Below, one piece after another: positions 59,797 to 64,000 of a stretch of 64,000 nt of DNA. The notes under the pieces were generated by a model, which did not search any database, was not told the origin of the DNA, and saw nothing but the letters and a program-made list of their open reading frames with translations. This stretch comes from an uncultured Chloroflexia bacterium (GTDB taxonomy: Bacteria; Chloroflexota; Limnocylindria; Limnocylindrales; CSP1-4): positions 180,352 to 244,351 of the forward strand of contig CAWHGL010000005.1 in NCBI GenBank assembly GCA_963828965.1, given 5' to 3'. The translations under genes and the position numbers were made by a program. Each line of letters starts with the position of its first letter. The stretch's first letter is position 1.

Positions 59797-59802
59797 TATA
59801 GT
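59797..59802 (+). promoter_or_regulatory. -10 hexamer of the tRNA-Leu promoter
   Basis: TATAGT 8 nt upstream of the tRNA 5' end. Confidence 0.6.
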
Positions 59803-59810
59803 GAGGTCCC

Positions 59811-59897
59811 GCGGCGGTGCTGGAATTGGCAGACAGGGCAGACTCAAACTCTGCTGTCCGAGAGGGCATGTGGGTTCGAGTCCCACCCGCCGTACCA
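59811..59897 (+). tRNA. tRNA-Leu(CAA), 87 nt, genome-encoded CCA
   Basis: Acceptor GCGGCGG/CCGCCGT plus A-CCA; D-arm with GG; anticodon stem GCAGA/TCTGC with loop CTCAAAC; long variable arm TGTCC-GAGA-GGGCA; T-arm GTGGG-TTCGAGT-CCCAC. Confidence 0.96.
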
Positions 59898-59924
59898 ACG
59901 ACCGGATCGAGCGAACCGACGTGC

Positions 59925-60515
59925 ATGGTCGCTGACGCTCGAACCCCTTGTGTCGATCCCCTTGCGCTCGGCTCGACCTATGCGCACCTGCTCGGGCTCT
60001 ACCTCGGTGACGGCTTCCTGTCGCTGGGACGCCGTGCGGTCTGGCGGCTCCGGATCACGCTCGACTCGAGGTACCCCGCGGTGATCGAGCAGGCCGCGTT
60101 CGTGACCGCCCAGGTTCGTGGGCGGCCAGCCGGCATCGTCGTGCGACAGGGCTGCGTCGATGTCTCGAGCTACTGGAAGCACTGGATCTGCTGCTTCCCG
60201 CAACATGGCCCCGGGGAGAAGCACACCCGGGACGTCGGCCTGCACCCATGGCAGCAGTCGATCGTCGAATCGTGGCCAGCGCCATTCCTGACGGGACTCA
60301 TCCATTCCGACGGATGTCGATGCCTGAACCGGGTGAAGGGCTACAGCTACCCGCGCTACTTCTTCTCGAATCGATCACAACAGATCCGCGACATGTTCGC
60401 CACGGCGTGCGCGCAGGTGGGCGTCGATAGTCGCCCTGCGGGTCGGTGGAACGTCTCGGTAGCGAGGCAGGACAGTGTCGCGCTGCTGGATCGACTGATC
60501 GTCCCGAAGGGCTGA
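59925..60515 (+). CDS. Two-motif LAGLIDADG-like endonuclease-fold protein (196 aa)
   Basis: Motif 1 YAHLLGLYLGDG and motif 2 FLTGLIHSDG, 100 residues apart; PQHGPG-KH, YPRYFFSN, NVSVAR. Confidence 0.8.
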   Translation: MVADARTPCVDPLALGSTYAHLLGLYLGDGFLSLGRRAVWRLRITLDSRYPAVIEQAAFVTAQVRGRPAGIVVRQGCVDVSSYWKHWICCFPQHGPGEKHTRDVGLHPWQQSIVESWPAPFLTGLIHSDGCRCLNRVKGYSYPRYFFSNRSQQIRDMFATACAQVGVDSRPAGRWNVSVARQDSVALLDRLIVPKG

Positions 60516-60529
60516 CGCCCCCACGGTGG

Positions 60530-60555
60530 GGAACCCGCCCGGGGCCGACCGCGTC
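60530..60555 (+). promoter_or_regulatory. Candidate ECF-sigma promoter upstream of the sigma gene
   Basis: GGAACC-N16-CGTC; the same motif occurs at 61899-61924. Confidence 0.65.
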
Positions 60556-60628
60556 TGGCCGGGCGACGATGCTAGACTCGCCGCGCCTCACGTCCCCATC
60601 AATCGCCGTCCGGAGGGACCCCTCGACC

Positions 60629-61238
60629 GTGGAGGACCTTCGCCCGACGACGGTCACCGACGACCCCGTCCAGCGCCGCGACCTGATCCTCATCGAGCAA
60701 GCCCGCGACGGCGACCTCGAGGCGTTCAACGACCTCGTCAGGCTGTACCAGGACTCGCTGTTCGCCTTGGTCGTGCGCATGGTCCCCGATCGCGACCAGG
60801 CATCGGACGCGGTCCAGGAGGCGTTCTTCTCGGCCTTCCGCAACCTGCACAACTTCCGTGGCGGGAACGTGAAGTCGTGGCTCAACCGCATCTGCGTCAA
60901 CGCGGCGATGGACACGCAGCGGGCGCGCAAGCGACGCCCCGTCCAGCCGTACCCGGAGCTCGATGACGAGAGCTGGCAGCCGCCGGCCCCGCGCGACCAG
61001 GATCCCGAGCGCCTCGCGGTCGACGCCGAGCGCAGCCGCACGCTCGCGCGAGGCCCTGACCCACATCACCGACGACCAACGCACCGCGATCGTCCTGTAC
61101 GACGTCGAGGGCTACGACTACGGCGAGATCGCCGACATGACCGGCGTCTCGCTCGGGACGGTGAAGTCGCGCATCCATCGTGGCCGGCTCTCCCTGCGCA
61201 GCCTCCTCGAGGACCGGATGGACCTGCTCCGTGGCTGA
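60629..61238 (+). CDS. ECF (sigma-24 / sigma70 group 4) RNA polymerase sigma factor; frameshift near 61050
   Basis: GDLEAFNDLV, DAVQEAF, SWLNRICVNAAMD (region 2); QRTAIVLYDVEGYDYGEIADMTGVSLGTVKSRIHRGR (region 4); GGAGG RBS before GTG 60629. Confidence 0.92.
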
Positions 61239-61859
61239 CGGCATCGCCATCGCCTTCGGACCACTGGGCAGACCCGCCGACCACGCCGCCCACGACCTCG
61301 TGCTGGTCGCCGAGGCGGCCGACCGTGGTGGCCGCCTGCCGGCCGCCCAGGCGTCCTGTCCGGACTGCCTGGCCCTCCACGCCGACCTCGTCCTGCTGGC
61401 GGCGGCCATGCCCGATGCGGCCCTGCCGGCCCGACCCCGCGACTACACCCTGAGCGAGGCCGATGCCGCCCGCCTCCGACCCGCCGGCTGGCGGCGCTGG
61501 CTGGCCGCCATCGGCACCTCGCGCGATGCCGTCACCCGGCCACTCGCGGTCGGGCTGACCACCATCGGCCTGGCCGGCCTGCTCGTGGCCAGCGTGCCGG
61601 GCATCCTGCCCTTCGGCAGTGCATCCTCGGGCGCGGCACCGGTCGACATGGAGATCGCGCCGCTGGCCGGAGCGACGGGACCCGTCGGTGCGTCCGGTGA
61701 TCTCGCCCGTGGTCCGCCGCCGTCGCGAAGGCTCGCGACACGGCCACGCCGGACACGCGGATGACCCCGATGCTGCTGGTTTCGGGCACGATGATCGTGG
61801 CCGGGACCGGGCTGCTGCTCGTGCGGTGGCGCGCCGCGCCGGCAGCGGGGGACCGGTGA
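61231..61859 (+). CDS. Putative anti-sigma factor 1 (CxxC domain, TM, linker, TM); frameshift near 61705-61715
   Basis: GTG overlaps the sigma stop; DHAAH...CPDC...H, RPRDYTL, TM1; a second TM (MLLVSGTMIVAGTGLLLVRWR) lies in the shifted frame ending at TGA 61859. Confidence 0.7.
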
Positions 61860-62332
61860 TGCGACCATCGTCGAACCCGGGCCGCCAGTCGGGCCGGGGG
61901 AACCACCCGTCCGCCACGCTCGTCAGAGCCACGACATGACCGATCCCCGAACCCCGTCGACCGCCGCCGACCACGCCACTCACGACCTCGTGCTGGTCGC
62001 CGAGGCGGCCGACCGTGGTGGCCGCCTGCCGGCCGCCCAGGCGTCCTGTCCGGACTGCCTGGCCCTCCACGCCGACCTGGTCCTGCTGGCGGCGGCCATG
62101 CCCGATGCGGCCCTGCCGGCCCGACCCCGCGACTACACCCTGAGCGAGGCCGATGCCGCCCGCCTCCGACCCGCCGGCTGGCGGCGCTGGCTGGCCGCCA
62201 TCGGCACCTCGCGCGATGCCGTCACCCGGCCACTCGCGGTCGGGCTGACCACCATCGGCCTGGCCGGCCTGCTCGTGGCCAGCGTGCCGGGCATCCTGCC
62301 CTTCGGCAGTGCGTCCTCGGGCGCGGCCCCGG
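61274..62332 (+). repeat. Direct repeat: 61274-61642 and 61964-62332 (369 bp, offset 690, about 5 mismatches)
   Basis: Line-by-line comparison; differences are GCC/ACT, CTC/CTG, GCA/GCG and GCA/GCC. Confidence 0.93.
61899..61924 (+). promoter_or_regulatory. Candidate ECF-sigma promoter upstream of anti-sigma 2
   Basis: GGAACC-N16-CGTC ending 11 nt before ATG 61936. Confidence 0.65.
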
Positions 62333-62712
62333 CGCCGGCCGACACCACGGTCGCCGGCGAAGCGGCGGCCGCTCCGTCCGCCGGGACATCGATGATGCTG
62401 GCCGTGCCGTCCGCCGCTCCAGCGGCAGCAGCCGCGCCCGTGGCGGCCGCCACCGCGAATGTCTCCGCCGAGCAGCCCGGGCTCGACAAGAGCGCCGCGC
62501 CATCGGGCGAGGCGGACCAGGTCTTTTCGGGTGGCGACGACGCGACGTCCGCCGCATCCGGCCAGACGCAGCGACAGCTGGCGGCCCCAAGTGCCGATGT
62601 CGCCGTGCGCGACGACGCATCCGGCGTGTCGGTGCTGTTCGTCGTCGCCGGCGCGTTGCTGATCGTCGGTCTTGGCCTGTTCGGCCTCCGCTGGAGCGCC
62701 CGCCGCGGCTGA
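61936..62712 (+). CDS. Putative anti-sigma factor 2 (paralogue of the preceding gene)
   Basis: Same N-terminal CPDC domain and TM1, Ala/Ser-rich linker, C-terminal TM (VLFVVAGALLIVGLGLFGLRW). Confidence 0.75.
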   Translation: MTDPRTPSTAADHATHDLVLVAEAADRGGRLPAAQASCPDCLALHADLVLLAAAMPDAALPARPRDYTLSEADAARLRPAGWRRWLAAIGTSRDAVTRPLAVGLTTIGLAGLLVASVPGILPFGSASSGAAPAPADTTVAGEAAAAPSAGTSMMLAVPSAAPAAAAAPVAAATANVSAEQPGLDKSAAPSGEADQVFSGGDDATSAASGQTQRQLAAPSADVAVRDDASGVSVLFVVAGALLIVGLGLFGLRWSARRG

Positions 62713-62788
62713 CCTCTCGGACGGCGATGAGCGCTCGGCGCGCCCGGACTTCGGGGCTCCGCGGCCGGTCGGCAAGTACACTGGACTC

Positions 62789-64000
62789 GTGCCCACCGAA
62801 CGTCTGATGCTGCTCGACGGCTTCGGGCTCGTCTACCGCGGATACTTCGCCCTGCCGCCGCTCACCACGTCGAAAGGCGAGCTGGTGAACGGCGTCTTCG
62901 GGTTTGCGAGCATCGTCCTCCGCGGCATCCAGGACCTCCAGCCGGACTACCTCGCCGTCTCGTTCGACCTGCCCGGCCCGACCTTCCGTCATGAGCAGTA
63001 CGCCGAGTACAAGGCCACGCGCGTCCGCATGCCGGACGACCTGCGCGACCAGTTCCCGAAGGTCCGCGAGGTCGTCAAGGCCCTGCGCATCCCGGTCTAC
63101 GAGATGGCGGGCTTCGAGGCGGACGACGTGATCGGCACGATCACCCAGCAGCTGGACTCGCGCGAGGACCTCGAGACGACGATCGTCACCGTCGACCTCG
63201 ACATGCTCCAGCTCGTCACGCCGCGGGTGCGGCTCATGACGACGCGCTCCGGGGTCGAGAACACGATCATGTACGACGTCGCGCGCATCGATGAGCGGTT
63301 CGGGCTGCGCCCCGACCAGATGATCGACTACAAGGCCCTCAAGGGCGACCCGACCGACAACATCCCGGGCGTTCCCGGGGTCGGCGAGAAGACCGCCGCC
63401 AAGCTCATCCGCGAGTTCGGCACGCTCGATTCGCTGCTCGAACGGCTCGACGAGGTCACCCCGCCCAAGCTCGGCGACAAGCTGCGCGAGCACGTCGACC
63501 AGATCCACATGGGTCGCGAGCTCTCGAGGATCGTTCGCGACCTGCCCATCGAGATCGACCTCGAGGCCGCCCGGCTCGGCGATTACGACCGCGACACGGT
63601 CGTGCGGCTGTTCCGCGAATACGAGTTCCGCACGCTCATCGAGCGGCTGCCGCCGATCTCAGGCGAGTCGGCCGAACAGCGCGCCGACAGCCTGCGCAGC
63701 GTGGCCGAGAGCGGCTACGTGCCCGCGGCGCGCGTCGCCGGCCGGCCCGAGGGCTGGGGTCCCGGTCGCGCCACCGCCCGTCCGGCAGCTGGCGAGCTCC
63801 AGCTGCGCCTCGACTTCGACGCGGTCGGCGGCCCGTCGGCCGGCGCAGCGGCTGCGTCTGGCCCAGCCGGTGTCGACGACGACGGGACGGCCGTCCGCCC
63901 CGAACCCATCGAGGACCTGCCGACCGCCCTCGCCGCGGCCATCGTCGATCCCGGGCGGATCGAGGTCCGCGGCGTCGACCGCATCGCCGACCTCGAGCCC
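62789..64000 (+). CDS. polA: DNA polymerase I, N-terminal 5'-3' exonuclease part (runs off window; absent from the ORF track)
   Basis: Own translation: MPTERLMLLDGFGLVYRGYFAL, TFRHEQYAEYKATR, FEADDVIG, LKGDPTDNIPGVPGVGEKTA; TACACT 6 nt before GTG. Confidence 0.94.
   Translation, partial: MPTERLMLLDGFGLVYRGYFALPPLTTSKGELVNGVFGFASIVLRGIQDLQPDYLAVSFDLPGPTFRHEQYAEYKATRVRMPDDLRDQFPKVREVVKALRIPVYEMAGFEADDVIGTITQQLDSREDLETTIVTVDLDMLQLVTPRVRLMTTRSGVENTIMYDVARIDERFGLRPDQMIDYKALKGDPTDNIPGVPGVGEKTAAKLIREFGTLDSLLERLDEVTPPKLGDKLREHVDQIHMGRELSRIVRDLPIEIDLEAARLGDYDRDTVVRLFREYEFRTLIERLPPISGESAEQRADSLRSVAESGYVPAARVAGRPEGWGPGRATARPAAGELQLRLDFDAVGGPSAGAAAASGPAGVDDDGTAVRPEPIEDLPTALAAAIVDPGRIEVRGVDRIADLEP

Noticed and set aside
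59817-59924. First 36 codons of ORF 59817..60515
   Set aside because: They are the tRNA-Leu sequence and its trailer read in frame; the real start is more plausibly ATG 59925.
59811-60515. Group I intron or intein hosting the LAGLIDADG ORF
   Set aside because: The tRNA cloverleaf is uninterrupted, and the ORF is not in frame within a host protein and lacks splicing motifs (N-terminal C/S, C-terminal HN).
61274-62332. Anti-sigma duplication as a pure assembly artefact
   Set aside because: Considered unlikely: the copies differ mainly at synonymous positions and have distinct, sensible flanks (own start, promoter motif, C-terminal TM). Read mapping is still needed.
59811-64000. tRNA-Leu as attachment site of a prophage or genomic island
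   Set aside because: No integrase and no repeat of the tRNA 3' end found by eye; housekeeping-type genes resume within 3 kb.

Overview
Very GC-rich (about 70% or more) bacterial chromosome segment. Protein style and gene content suggest Chloroflexota, probably Limnocylindria-like (inference). The window is mostly housekeeping: the end of a purine operon (purL-purF-purM-purN/purH), metG, tatD, CIRCE-controlled groES-groEL, pcrA, ligA, gatC-gatA...gatB, a nucleoside salvage/ABC uptake module, dnaE, tRNA-Leu(CAA) and the 5' part of polA. About 19 single-base frameshifts, several in essential genes, are most simply long-read consensus errors. Main items for a second look: (1) a free-standing two-motif LAGLIDADG-like gene 27 nt behind tRNA-Leu; (2) an ECF sigma factor followed by two anti-sigma-like genes sharing a ~99% identical 369-bp N-terminal module but with different sensor regions, with the same GGAACC-N16-CGTC motif upstream of the sigma gene and of the second anti-sigma; (3) two permease-less, CxxC-bearing solute-binding lipoproteins directly upstream of a hybrid histidine kinase; (4) an apparent PurN-PurH fusion; (5) an orphan GH116 C-terminal remnant just upstream of gatB; (6) pervasive leaderless-type promoters (TANNNT 6-7 nt before the start codon). 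No CRISPR array, rRNA, transposase or integrase was seen. All family assignments come from motif recognition by eye, not from database searches.
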